Shown here: positions 31,594 to 42,100 of the stretch, piece by piece
How positions within the stretch are numbered: position 1 is the first letter of the stretch
How the letters are laid out: every line of letters begins with the position of its first letter
Virus record (IMG/VR): IMGVR_UViG_3300037488_003510
From: an uncultured virus (IMG/VR IMGVR_UViG_3300037488_003510)
Taxonomy: Duplodnaviria > Heunggongvirae > Uroviricota > Caudoviricetes
Direction: 5' to 3' (one strand)
Length of the DNA: 64,000 nucleotides
The notes under the pieces: generated by a model
What the model was told of the DNA's origin: nothing
What the model saw: only the letters and a program-made list of their open reading frames with translations
Databases searched by the model: none
Translations under genes and position numbers: made by a program

Positions 31594-32379
31594 CTAGTTT
31601 CGAAGCCCAGAACGACGACGAAGGGCAGCACGTTCGCAGGCGCCGCCATCTTCGGCCACAGCACGCTCATCGTCGCCGACGAAGGCTCCGCTGGTGATGA
31701 TTTCAGTCAGTCCATCGTCACCACTGGTGATGATTTCAGTCAACTTGTTGTCGCCGCTGCTGATGATCTCAGTCAGCCGGTCGTTGCCGACAAAGGAGCC
31801 GCTTGAAGCAGAAGGTGGTTCAGTGCCAACGACCTTCCGGTAGATCTTAACACCCGGCGATGGCGATTCCGTCACAAAGAACACACGGCGCCCCTTGTTA
31901 GCCATTTTTACTTTTCCATTAGCAAGCCCCCAATCAAGAAACTCTTTTTCGGGCTTTTTCAAAGACGGCAACAGCGTCTTTAGGGACTTTTCGTCGAGTA
32001 TGATTGGTAAAGGAGCTTTCCAGTAGATACTTCGAAGTGTTTCAAGGTGAACTTCTGTTGAAGAAAACTCTCCCTTCAACAATGTGGGAGTTCCCCTTTT
32101 TCCCTTGCCAAGCATCTGATAAGCCATGGCAATGGCCTTCTTGTTGCCTTTCGCCGCCTCGGCGAGAACCTTGGTTTCCATCTTCTTCCACTTCACCTGA
32201 GCTGTCTTGTCCCCAGCATCAGCCTTTGCCTTGATTCGCATCAGCTTTTTCACCTTGGCCTTTTCAATCGCAGTGAAGAGTGGCGCAGCAGCGGCCTTGA
32301 AAGCCTGGACCACAGCAGAGCGCTCAGCTCCACGCGACCAATCTAGGGATGTTTTTCCGAGCAACAAATCGTATGACAT
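31594..32379 (-). CDS. Putative virion protein with MSYDLLLG tag
   Basis: AGGAG SD; 3 copies of LTEII[ST]SG. Confidence 0.75.
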   Translation of the reverse strand: MSYDLLLGKTSLDWSRGAERSAVVQAFKAAAAPLFTAIEKAKVKKLMRIKAKADAGDKTAQVKWKKMETKVLAEAAKGNKKAIAMAYQMLGKGKRGTPTLLKGEFSSTEVHLETLRSIYWKAPLPIILDEKSLKTLLPSLKKPEKEFLDWGLANGKVKMANKGRRVFFVTESPSPGVKIYRKVVGTEPPSASSGSFVGNDRLTEIISSGDNKLTEIITSGDDGLTEIITSGAFVGDDERAVAEDGGACERAALRRRSGLRN

Positions 32380-32404
32380 TGGTATCTCCTGGCGGTTACG
32401 GCTT

Positions 32405-33028
32405 CTAGAAAATTCCATTGGTACGAGCAAAGCTCGTAGTGGTTGACTTGAACTTCTTTCGAATGTCCGGACTCTTCACCCAACTCTCAACACCAGCTTC
32501 ACCGGCCATGTGGCCGACACCGAGTAGACCAGAGAGTGAAGCCTTGACGCCATCAATGTCCGATCCGACGAACGAACCGACCTTAGATGCCATCCTCTTC
32601 ATCGAGCGTTTGAACGCCTCGTATTGAGCCGGAGTGCTTTCGAGAAACTTCTCGGTGGTCAGTGGGGCCTTCCATTCGCCAACCCACACGCCAGTTTCGC
32701 CGCCAATGGTGGCTTTTCGTGGGGCTTCCATGAACCCGATGTCGGCAAGGCGGCGAGCATCGAGTCCGAAGGTGCCGAGGCGACAACGAGGCGTCTGTAG
32801 GTTCTTGGGGGCAACAGCCATGATGGTGACAAAGCGCTCCCAGGCGAGAGATGGGACACCGAGGGGGGTCATCTTGCTGGGGGGGAGCATGGAGAGCCCC
32901 TTGCGAGAGCGGCCCAGAACGGCGCCGCCGAGGAACGAGAAGATCCCAACGGGAAGAAGAACCAAGGGGCTGATTGGCTTCACGACAATTCTCCTACACG
33001 AACACGTTTCTCGGTAGACCGAGACCAA
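32405..33028 (-). CDS. Membrane-anchored lysozyme-like protein
   Basis: N-terminal TM; LGTFGL..RRLADIG...FL.S..AQ...SGLLGVGHMAG. Confidence 0.5.
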   Translation of the reverse strand: MVSVYRETCSCRRIVVKPISPLVLLPVGIFSFLGGAVLGRSRKGLSMLPPSKMTPLGVPSLAWERFVTIMAVAPKNLQTPRCRLGTFGLDARRLADIGFMEAPRKATIGGETGVWVGEWKAPLTTEKFLESTPAQYEAFKRSMKRMASKVGSFVGSDIDGVKASLSGLLGVGHMAGEAGVESWVKSPDIRKKFKSTTTSFARTNGIF

Positions 33029-33233
33029 ATGTCTCAGTTACGACATTTGTCGTACCAGGATTGGTGCTAGTTACATTGTTTCTAGCTCCATATGGATTTT
33101 CAGCAACGACTGAAGCCCCGAGCCCCGCATTGCTCGAAGGGGACACGGTGACAGGTTGGTCCACGGTCAGAAGTCCGTCTCCCTGAAGAACCACATTCAC
33201 TAGACCTGGATTGGTAACGTCGATGGTTGGCAT
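32994..33233 (-). CDS. DVTNPGLVNV...PxxVFV family protein
   Basis: Shared termini. Confidence 0.7.
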   Translation of the reverse strand: MPTIDVTNPGLVNVVLQGDGLLTVDQPVTVSPSSNAGLGASVVAENPYGARNNVTSTNPGTTNVVTETFGLGLPRNVFV

Positions 33234-33248
33234 TGATTACATCCTTGT

Positions 33249-33695
33249 TTAGCGGGCTGTCCCGGCCTGCCTGATTGCCTTGCCCTGTCTAACCAGCCTT
33301 GAAACGCAAGGTAAAATTTGATCGGAGAGAGGAGGGGAATTTTGAGCTGTTTTGGAGTACCAACCCCCTCTATGTCCTTCACCACGATTTCCTTTGATGT
33401 ACGACTTAATCTCAGCATCAAGTGCTTTGCCGTATTTTCTGACTGTGATTACAATTTCCATGCCCTCTGGACTTGTCCATGTTAAGGCTGCGTTATGGGG
33501 CGTTCCACCTACTCGCATAAATGGACCGTAGGGACTAGCATCTAGCTTTTCAAGAATGCGATTGTACTCTTTGAGAATTTCTTGGCTCTCCTGGATACCA
33601 GGAGGGGCGCTAATGTTAATAACTGAAGGGGACGGATGTTTCCCTAAGAGCTTGCAAGCAATGATTAGCCCCGCGAAAATTGGAAGTATCCACAT
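33249..33695 (-). CDS. N-terminally anchored hypothetical protein
   Basis: N-terminal hydrophobic helix. Confidence 0.55.
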   Translation of the reverse strand: MWILPIFAGLIIACKLLGKHPSPSVINISAPPGIQESQEILKEYNRILEKLDASPYGPFMRVGGTPHNAALTWTSPEGMEIVITVRKYGKALDAEIKSYIKGNRGEGHRGGWYSKTAQNSPPLSDQILPCVSRLVRQGKAIRQAGTAR

Positions 33696-33707
33696 GAGCT
33701 TTTTCTC

Positions 33708-34106
33708 CTACACGAAAACCCTGGCCGGTGCCCCCGTGCCATAGACTTGGTTTACAACCGTGTTTTCCATGGTGTTGATGGTATTCGGACTGGTAGGCGA
33801 AGCCGTGCCGCCTTGGATAGTGAGCTGTGCCGTCATGGCATCGCTGACTTGTCCAGCCGATAGCGGTGCAACCCCAAGCCCAGGGGCAAGCGCCGCGCCT
33901 TGCACGAGAGGCCCAGGGTTCGTGGAGGGACTCACGGTAACCGGCTGGTCAGGCGAATCGGTCCCGAGCCCTGGGGCCGCTGTTAGACCGGCTGCCGTGG
34001 GGCCAGGATTGGTCGAGGGACCGACGGTGATAGTTTGGTTGACGAGGGTGAGGCCGTCACCTTGAGTGACGACGTTGACTAGGCCCGGATTGGTGACATC
34101 TGACAT
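33708..34106 (-). CDS. DVTNPGLVNV...PxxVFV family protein
   Basis: Shared termini; internal repeat TV.PSTNPGP...APGLG. Confidence 0.75.
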   Translation of the reverse strand: MSDVTNPGLVNVVTQGDGLTLVNQTITVGPSTNPGPTAAGLTAAPGLGTDSPDQPVTVSPSTNPGPLVQGAALAPGLGVAPLSAGQVSDAMTAQLTIQGGTASPTSPNTINTMENTVVNQVYGTGAPARVFV

Positions 34107-34940
34107 AGGTTGGATCTCCTGTTGAACAAGGTTGCAAGTCGCCGAGTGGTCGAGCTGACTTGGGGTTTGTCCTACGTGAGAACCTTCCGAGTGTCCCGCG
34201 CGTGGTCGCCAGCGAGAGGTCAGTAGGCCGTAGAAAAAGGCAAAAGGCCGACGGTGATTAGAGTCTATTCGTGGTGTCGGAACAAGTCAAACTGAAATCG
34301 TAGGGAAGGTGTATTGTAAGCTAGGTTACAAATGATTAGTGAATGTTGATGTGATTGAACATGACATTTCGAAAGAAAGCGATCATCAAACTGGAAACCC
34401 GTCCTCGCGAAGTTGTTTATTGATCCAACTAGGAGTTGAGGCTCTGACATCTAGGAGCTGGATACGAGTCGTTCTGTTAGACATGTGATTACCCTTGAAC
34501 GAATCAGGAATGAGAATTGATTCGTTTTGTAGCCAAAAACGATGAGATCATCGTTAAAGACCTCTTGTTTACCAACTTATCAGGCAACTTGTCGTTGCGA
34601 TAGGTGTATCTAGGGGAACCGGGAGTCGGATCTTTCGGCGCCAAGTACCCATCCAGAAACTTTACCCTGCCGGGGTTATCTGTTGCAGTTTTCATTAGAT
34701 TTCCACTTCGTTGATTCGTTTTTGCAAATAGCGTACTCAACCGCGATTTCACATCAGAGATTGTCCTGTGTGACATCATCTTCAAACTCATTTCCCTGAA
34801 GCAGGGTCAATGCTGCCTCTGCGGCAACCTCTATGTCTAGCTCGCGATTTGGTCCAGGGAAGAAATCGACGTGGATGAGACCTCGTTTGGCCTGGGCTTC
34901 TTCGGACCATTTCTCCAGATCTTGACAGTGCGACATGATG

Positions 34941-35369
34941 CTACTCCGTCAGAAACCCTGACTTTTCTAGTAACATCAAATCTGGCTCCGAAAAAAGTTC
35001 TGAAATCGACTTCGCATCGAGGTCGGTGATCTTAGCCGGCTTGCCAGGCAGTTCGATTTCCTGAGCTAGAAGCTCTTCCAGAGCCTTGCCAAACTCCTCC
35101 ACCTTGCCATCGGCGAAGGTGTAGATGGATTGACCCGTAGCTTTGGTCGACGGGTGTTCGAGTAGCTTCCCTTCGAACTTCTTGATGAGTTCCATGTTCG
35201 CGGCATGGTATCGCTTGGCTTCCTCGTTGACCGCGTCGGGCTGCTTGCGGTTGGTCCAGCTGATAGTCACGGATTTGGGACACGCGAAGTAGCGAGCGAG
35301 GACGCCCGGATCTCTTTCGCTGCGTTTGGTGTTCAAGACATTTAGAAGCTGCTGGAGGGTAATCTTCAT
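34941..35369 (-). CDS. Hypothetical (fibre chaperone-like?)
   Basis: 142 aa helical, SD. Confidence 0.55.
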   Translation of the reverse strand: MKITLQQLLNVLNTKRSERDPGVLARYFACPKSVTISWTNRKQPDAVNEEAKRYHAANMELIKKFEGKLLEHPSTKATGQSIYTFADGKVEEFGKALEELLAQEIELPGKPAKITDLDAKSISELFSEPDLMLLEKSGFLTE

Positions 35370-35433
35370 CGGCGATCTCCTGTGGGTTGTATGGACCTGA
35401 AGAGCGATTTCATATCACCCCCCATCCACCGAG

Positions 35434-35832
35434 TCAAGCCAATGGCTCCTCAAGGATCTTCTCTTCCTTGACAGCTGCCTTCATGGCACACACTTTTGAG
35501 GCTCCGACAAGTTGAAGTTGGGCGCCTGAGTCTAGTCCTTTTAGCACAGACTCTTCACAGGGAATTACCACCTCGCTGTTTAGAAGAGCACTCATACCAA
35601 CATCGAAAGCCGCTCTGTTTTCAGGACTTAGGCTTTTCATGCTCGTTACACCTGTTGCCAGTCCACCTGACTTCTCGTGAGTTCCGTACAAGCCTGTCAG
35701 TGTTTGGATCTGCTGGCACATGTAATTCACATGACCATCCACGATACCAAGGGCCTCTCCTGACATGACTTTTCCTAAACGACCAGATTTCCGAACTTCC
35801 GCGAGTCGAATCAATGAAGTTGTGATTGCCAT
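35434..35832 (-). CDS. Hypothetical protein
   Basis: 132 aa, SD. Confidence 0.55.
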   Translation of the reverse strand: MAITTSLIRLAEVRKSGRLGKVMSGEALGIVDGHVNYMCQQIQTLTGLYGTHEKSGGLATGVTSMKSLSPENRAAFDVGMSALLNSEVVIPCEESVLKGLDSGAQLQLVGASKVCAMKAAVKEEKILEEPLA

Positions 35833-35844
35833 GGTTTCGTTCCT

Positions 35845-36336
35845 TCAAATTGTCATTCGGTTTCCGGGGTGGTACCCATACCAGGAAAAGCCGCTTCGCT
35901 CTAGGATACGACGAACGTCTGGATTCTTGCGGGAGATCTCCCCGAGGTCCGCACTTAGCCAGTGCCGCATGAATCCCATGAGATAATCACGTCCAGCATT
36001 GCCGTGATTGGCATTCGAATCAACCTTTTTCGCAAAGCGAGGATTGTTAGCATAAATCGTCTCAGCACGATCTGTCAGATACTCAACCGGCTTACGACTT
36101 TTGAGATACTTCGAGACTTCAACCCCAAGTTTTTTGGTTCGTTTGGAGTCCTTGAGATCTTGAAGCAAAAATGAAGCCTCCTCCACGACCGCCTCGGCCA
36201 TGAGTTCGACAATCATCGACGGATTCCTCTCCTCGATTGTCTTTTGCCTCTTGGTCTTTCTTGTCCTCTCAGGAAGATTTGGTCTCTCCGGATGACCCGA
36301 CCATTTAGCCACGATTTCCTTAACGGTTTTGTTCAT
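35845..36336 (-). CDS. Hypothetical protein
   Basis: 163 aa. Confidence 0.55.
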   Translation of the reverse strand: MNKTVKEIVAKWSGHPERPNLPERTRKTKRQKTIEERNPSMIVELMAEAVVEEASFLLQDLKDSKRTKKLGVEVSKYLKSRKPVEYLTDRAETIYANNPRFAKKVDSNANHGNAGRDYLMGFMRHWLSADLGEISRKNPDVRRILERSGFSWYGYHPGNRMTI

Positions 36337-36433
36337 TGGGTGTTTTCCTTTGCAATACCAAGCATTGTAGCCGACGGTGGTTCAAGTAGCAAGTCGCATC
36401 CACACTGGAAACGAGATCAAATTGACAAAGTTT

Positions 36434-37126
36434 TCATGGCGCGCGATAGCGTAAGACGTTCAAGTTCAAATTGCGAATTATAATGTCGGTTGTGTCGGTC
36501 TGGTTGTTGATCGCCAATGATATCTTGTCGCCCGCCGCAACGGTAAGAAAGCAACCGCCTGCCAGGCAAGCTGCGCCGGCTGTGGCTATGATTTGTTCGC
36601 TCGCCGCTTTGTCTAGGTTGGAGGCATTTTGCAAAGGTTCGATCTTCCAGTCCTTATTTCCGTTAGCAGGTGCAATGGTAGCATCCCACATCAAGCGATA
36701 GTTTCCAGCTGCCGATGGACCCGCAACAATACACGTCCCTCGCGTATAGTTACCCGTGGCTGTACTGGTGAACGAGGCGATTACATTGAATGAAGTGGCC
36801 GTGACGCTTTGAATGACGAAAATGGTTGGGTTTGGAGGACGATAGCCAGCGACGGAAGAAAGCGTAATCGCCACAACTTGACCGGCGACCATGCCGTGAG
36901 CCCCCGACGTATTGAACGTGATTTGGCCTCCCCCCGCATTGGCTACGCTGGTAAAGGCACCACCTGTTCCAGCTACAAATGTCCAACCATCAAGAAAACC
37001 GGCCACAACACCTGCTGTGAATATCGGGTTGTAGGTGTTGGTTTGAGTGATATTGAGCGATATGGCATTCTCGTATTCACTCATCTCACCGACACCGTTT
37101 ACAGCTGGATTTGGTGTGTATGACAT
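36434..37126 (-). CDS. Fibre- or spike-like beta protein
   Basis: TSGAHGMVAGQVV motif; C1q-like ending AAGDKISL. Confidence 0.6.
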   Translation of the reverse strand: MSYTPNPAVNGVGEMSEYENAISLNITQTNTYNPIFTAGVVAGFLDGWTFVAGTGGAFTSVANAGGGQITFNTSGAHGMVAGQVVAITLSSVAGYRPPNPTIFVIQSVTATSFNVIASFTSTATGNYTRGTCIVAGPSAAGNYRLMWDATIAPANGNKDWKIEPLQNASNLDKAASEQIIATAGAACLAGGCFLTVAAGDKISLAINNQTDTTDIIIRNLNLNVLRYRAP

Positions 37127-37996
37127 TTAGTTAAGACCGTTCCATGTATTCCAGTCGCCGACTGGCAGTCCATTGATGGTTTTGATGGAACTGTCTGCCA
37201 ATCCATTCAAGGATTTGCCCTTAGTTGGACCCCCAGTAACACAAACGAAGTTGGTGCTCGAATTGAATGTATGAATCGTGTAGATGCCATCGACTGTCTT
37301 CGTTCCCCCTGTGCAGACACCGAAGTCATCAGTGACATATTTGATGATGACTTTTCCCGAACCTCCCTGACCGCCGAGCCCTGCGGCGCCCCAGCCTCCA
37401 CCTCCACCACCTCCCGTATTTGCAGCTGCATCAAATCCTCCGGTGTGAGCTGACGTACCTCCGTTTCCTCCTCCATTGTTCCCCGTACCTCCACTGCCAG
37501 CCCCGGTGAGCGATCCACCTCCACCACCTCCATAGAAGTTGGCATCAAAAAAAGCATAGCCAAGCCCAAATCCGCCATCTCCTCCGTTGGGAGTTGTGGG
37601 GGTTTGTCCAGCGCTGCCCATACCACCACCTCCACCAGCAGGACGTGCGGCGTTGACGAAGTTCTGTCCTCCATCCTTACCAGGATTTCCAACACCAGCG
37701 ACGCGCAATGTAGCTGTCGAACCGGCCGCGCCACCCCCACAAGCTCCATTGTATCCATTGCCAGGTGACGAACCTCCCGCTCCACCTCCGATAGCCGCGA
37801 CACCATTGAAGCTTGAACTACCGCCATTCACATCCCGAGCAGCCGCCGTAGCAACAACAACCGGATAAGTACCTGCTACTATATTTACATCGAAAGCGGC
37901 AGCAACTTCACCACCACCACCTCCACCACCACCGATAGCATTGGACGAACCTCCACCACCACCACCACCGACTATCAGATGACTCAAGGGTGGCAT
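37127..37996 (-). CDS. Glycine-rich virion protein
   Basis: LIVGGGGGG...ANTGGGGGGG...GGSGKVIIKY...HTFNSS. Confidence 0.8.
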   Translation of the reverse strand: MPPLSHLIVGGGGGGGSSNAIGGGGGGGGEVAAAFDVNIVAGTYPVVVATAAARDVNGGSSSFNGVAAIGGGAGGSSPGNGYNGACGGGAAGSTATLRVAGVGNPGKDGGQNFVNAARPAGGGGGMGSAGQTPTTPNGGDGGFGLGYAFFDANFYGGGGGGSLTGAGSGGTGNNGGGNGGTSAHTGGFDAAANTGGGGGGGWGAAGLGGQGGSGKVIIKYVTDDFGVCTGGTKTVDGIYTIHTFNSSTNFVCVTGGPTKGKSLNGLADSSIKTINGLPVGDWNTWNGLN

Positions 37997-38637
37997 TACA
38001 ACAACTTGTAGATGCTAGAGTATCGAGTGCTTGTAACAGGTGTCACTGGAGAGCCTTCGAGGACTTTGCCATCTGGAGATTCCGGAACAGATGACATGAA
38101 GTCGTCTAGTTCAGCGAGACTTGTCATGGCTGAGTTGATTGTCGCTCCGGTGATACCGGATTCCCAGTCAGCATGATGACTCAGGCTCAAGCGAGGACCC
38201 GTGTGCCGAAGTTGGCATAGACTTGGATAGTGGGAGCCACTTGTCAGATCGCCGTCCAGAGAGGCCATCGCTTCGATAGCGACTTTCAGCTCTGAACCAA
38301 GTACCCCGTTACCCAAATCATCACTATCACCTATCAAAGTGACCAGATCGAGAGTATCATAATAACCCTTCAGGCGGCGATGCTGAATGAGGATATCTAG
38401 AATTCCCACTCCACAGGTTTTGAGACACCCGAAGAATTCCCCGAGTTTTGGATGCGTTTTGACTAGGCTACCTAGATCGTTTCCGCTGTCCAGGAGAGAC
38501 TGGAGTCCGGTGGATTCGTAGTGCTGGCGAATGGAAGCTAGCGCCAACAGTTCAAGATCGAACTTCTTCAAAAGAGTTGAATAGTCGCTGTAGAAGGTCG
38601 ATACGATATTGTTTCTCATGAGATTTTCCTTACGCAA
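37996..38637 (-). CDS. Hypothetical protein
   Basis: 213 aa in operon. Confidence 0.6.
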   Translation of the reverse strand: MRKENLMRNNIVSTFYSDYSTLLKKFDLELLALASIRQHYESTGLQSLLDSGNDLGSLVKTHPKLGEFFGCLKTCGVGILDILIQHRRLKGYYDTLDLVTLIGDSDDLGNGVLGSELKVAIEAMASLDGDLTSGSHYPSLCQLRHTGPRLSLSHHADWESGITGATINSAMTSLAELDDFMSSVPESPDGKVLEGSPVTPVTSTRYSSIYKLL

Positions 38638-39166
38638 ATCGAGTCATGTAATCAGGACTCGGGTTGAAATCGAGTGTGTTGGTATTCAGTGCGGCTGTAC
38701 CAATGCAGCGGGGAGCATGATCTGCCGAAAGGGGCAACGAATTGGAGATAGCTCCAGCTGTTTCTGAAACGAAAATCTGTGCGTTGGGAAGAGTCAACAC
38801 CGCACTGTATGCAGCAGCGCGAACCATCCCTCGCAGAAGCATTCTAGTCGGCTGACCACTACCAGCTGCTGCTAGAATGCATATTCCAAGTCGTCCTCGA
38901 CAGTCACCAGCTGTCGCTGTAATGATACCAGCATCAGCTTTTTGCCAATAACCAAGCGAGCCGCCAGTGCCGGAAGGCGAGCACAGATCGCCAAAGACCA
39001 AGGTTTCACCCGCCGTTCCAGGTATACCTTCACCACAATACATACCGTCCGCGCTGAGAGCTGTGTTCAACAGAAAGAGAGTGTTCTCGCCCAACGTGTA
39101 GATCGCACCAGTCGGGAAAGTTCCGGTCAGCAAATCGGCAGGGAATTGTTTGGGGACGAAGGACAT
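38630..39166 (-). CDS. Capsid cement- or fibre-tip-like protein
   Basis: AGETLVFGDL...WQKADA...LGIC...LLRG.V...IFVSETAG. Confidence 0.6.
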   Translation of the reverse strand: MSFVPKQFPADLLTGTFPTGAIYTLGENTLFLLNTALSADGMYCGEGIPGTAGETLVFGDLCSPSGTGGSLGYWQKADAGIITATAGDCRGRLGICILAAAGSGQPTRMLLRGMVRAAAYSAVLTLPNAQIFVSETAGAISNSLPLSADHAPRCIGTAALNTNTLDFNPSPDYMTRFA

Positions 39167-42100
39167 CTAGCACAACTCCCAATCAGTTGTTGTGCTGTTG
39201 AAGCGGAGCCAAATGCACTCGCCAGAGATGTTCATGGTGTAGTTGCCCGCCACGTTGTTGATCTTGTCAGCGCCGTTGCGAACAAGTGTGATATTGTTCA
39301 CAGATGCGTTGTACCCGCTGTCCTTGACGGGGATAACGCGACCTTCGACACCAGCAGGCAAGTTGATGGAAATAGCCGCAGCGGTCGTGCGGCGAACTTT
39401 CAAATAGTAGTCGGTGGCAAGAACTGTATATGGGCCAGCCACATTGACATCGGTAGCCGACACTGTTTGATCTGCACCGAATTTTATGCCACCGTCGATT
39501 CGTGTAAGACCCGATTGAACCCAAAGCGCATAAGCATTGGTAATGGATACATCTGCGCCAGCGGTCGGAGCGCCAAGAATTGCAAGCGAAGCGGAGTGGG
39601 TAATCGCACAAGTGGCAGTATCGCCGTTGATTGAAGCGGCGGCGATTGAAACTGCATTGAAGCCAGTGGCCGTAACAATGGCGGTGTTTCCAGTGACGTT
39701 CATGCCGTCGGCTACAAAGTCGATGCCATTCCACACGGCGCCAGCGGCAGAAGTTGCAAAGTGGTTTGCAGAAGACACTCGTAAAGATGAGGCTGGAGCG
39801 GCATTAGGAGTGCCAATACCCACCGTTTGATTACTGTCGATGCGCATGCCCTCTACAGCGAATGATGTCGATGCGATTGTGAAGAATTGAAGTGTTCCTC
39901 CGTAGACGTTTGTGGCCACGTCTTTAGCACCAAGGATGTACGAGAACTTGGTAGGCGAGAGAGCAGCGCTGCCACCGATGTCGACTCGACCTCCGAACAA
40001 AAGACTTCCGCCACTGCCGACGCTTGGCCCTCCGGTATTGTTATCAATTAAGGCCAAAGTAAACGTGTTGTTGTTTCCGAACACCACCATATCGGAGCTA
40101 GTGGTGTGAAGCATGAACAGATCGATCTGAGTCCCGAACATCGAACGTCCGGTTTGAGTCCAAAGCGCTAAGGCATTTTCAATAGTAGCATTTGCTCCGC
40201 TCAAGGGGGAGCCGGTTATCGCAACCGAGGCAGCCGTTGTGATAGTGGAAGCTCCAGCGAAAGCATACGTTGGCGCTTGGAAAAGAATTTCTCGTTGAGT
40301 GGCTATTGCTCCGGTCGCCCAAGTTTTTGTCGCCGAAAAGTTGAAATTGGCAGTTATCGACTCACTTGTCGCTGCAATTGCGCTCGCCGTGGCACTGGTA
40401 AGTGATAATAGCGTTCCGGGGTTTGATCCTGCAAACTGAGTGACAGTCACGTTGGCATTGCGAGCAACAGCAAACCTACTTACACCCGAGCGCTGCAAAT
40501 CCATGAGATTGGCGACATTTCCGATGGAAACGTCGATCTCATTGACGAGTAGTCCAGTTACGTCCCCGTTGGCACCGCCTGTCTGATTGACAGTGTACGT
40601 GAGGTTGAGAGCCTGAAATGTGGCAGTGCCTGATGTAGGAGCAAAGGTTGCTGTTGCCCCTATGAGCTTTTGCGCTCCGCTGGTAGCGACATACGTGCCG
40701 CCGTCATGTTGCACTGAACCTGATTGTGTCCACAGGGCATAGGAATTCGTGAGAGTGGCATTTGCTCCAGCAATTGGAGCACCCGAAATCGCTAAGGTGG
40801 CAGCGGAAGTGATTGTGGAAGCGCCAACGAAGGTATAAGTCGGGGCCTGAATCAACACTTCGCGCTGAGTTGCCAAGGCACCTGTTGCCCATTGCTTGCT
40901 CGCACTGAAGTTGAAGTTCGCGCCAATGTCTTCCGCCGATGTTGTAATGGCGGTATGAGCACCTCCGACAACGGTGAAAGCGGTGGGCGCCAAAGCATTC
41001 AATGCTTGTTGCACAACATGCAAAGTCGAGGTGGGGAACGTACCAATACCAAGTCGCTTGTTGGTGTTGTCCCAGAAGAAGTTTGGATTGTCTTCGGCGA
41101 GCTGTCCAGTCGTTGAGCCGAAAGGCACGGAGCCTTGGGTGAAACCTCCTACTGCTGGACCTGTCAACAATGGAACATAGGCACCCGTGTTCATCGAAAC
41201 ATAGAATTGCTGAGAGGCGCCAGAGCGATACCCAAGGCGTCCAGTATTGGCCTGCGAGACTACCGTTGCCCCGGAGCCGAAAACGATGTTGTTTTCGTTA
41301 TGAGGGTCGACGCTAGCCCCAAGAACGAGTCCACTTTGAAATTGAACTGCTCCCACAACACCAAGGGACCAAGATCGCGTCAGAGTGGACGTTCCGCCAG
41401 GAGCAGCATCTAAAAGTAGATTGTAAGCATCGCTTACGGTAATTCCAGCTCCATTTATTGTGGGAGTACCAACACTCACCATGGCTAGTTTGTTTACAGT
41501 AGTCGGAGCGCCAGTCAGGGTGACAGTGCTTGCTAGAAAAGCAACCTCGTTCCAGTTTGCACCACCAGCAGCAGCTACGGAAAAGGCCGAGGAAACATCG
41601 AAACCTCCTTTGCGATAGAAATTGGTGCTGCCACCAACCACATCGATTTCGAAGGCCACGGCGCCTGTGAAGTTTACAGGATCGGTCGCATTGACGACTA
41701 TCCCGCCACCCTTGGCGTCCAGTAACACAAACGTCTGATCGCTTGCCGCAGCTCCATTGTTATAAGCTTGTGCTAAGGTGGTAGTGACCGCTGCATTGTC
41801 GAGTTGAATGCGTACATTTCCACCACTTGTCCAATACAGGTGTGTGCCATCTGATTCTATGGCTCCAAGTTCAGTTGCAGCTAGAAGTGTGCCAGCATCG
41901 ATCTTGAGTGAGGCGGTACCTGCAATGGTAGTCACTCCAGCGACGTGCAGACGAGCAGTCGGTGTAGAGGCAACGTCAATGCCAAGTCGTTTGTTGGTGT
42001 TGTCCCAAATGAAATTGGCGTTGTCTTGTATGGGCTGGCCAGTGGCGCCACCAAAGAGAATTGAACCCTGGGTAAAACCTGCGGCGGCAGGACCGACGAG

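Noticed and set aside
25695..32446. Long plus-strand ORFs antisense to structural genes
   Set aside because: These are shadow ORFs from codon bias, with no SD or protein-like motifs.
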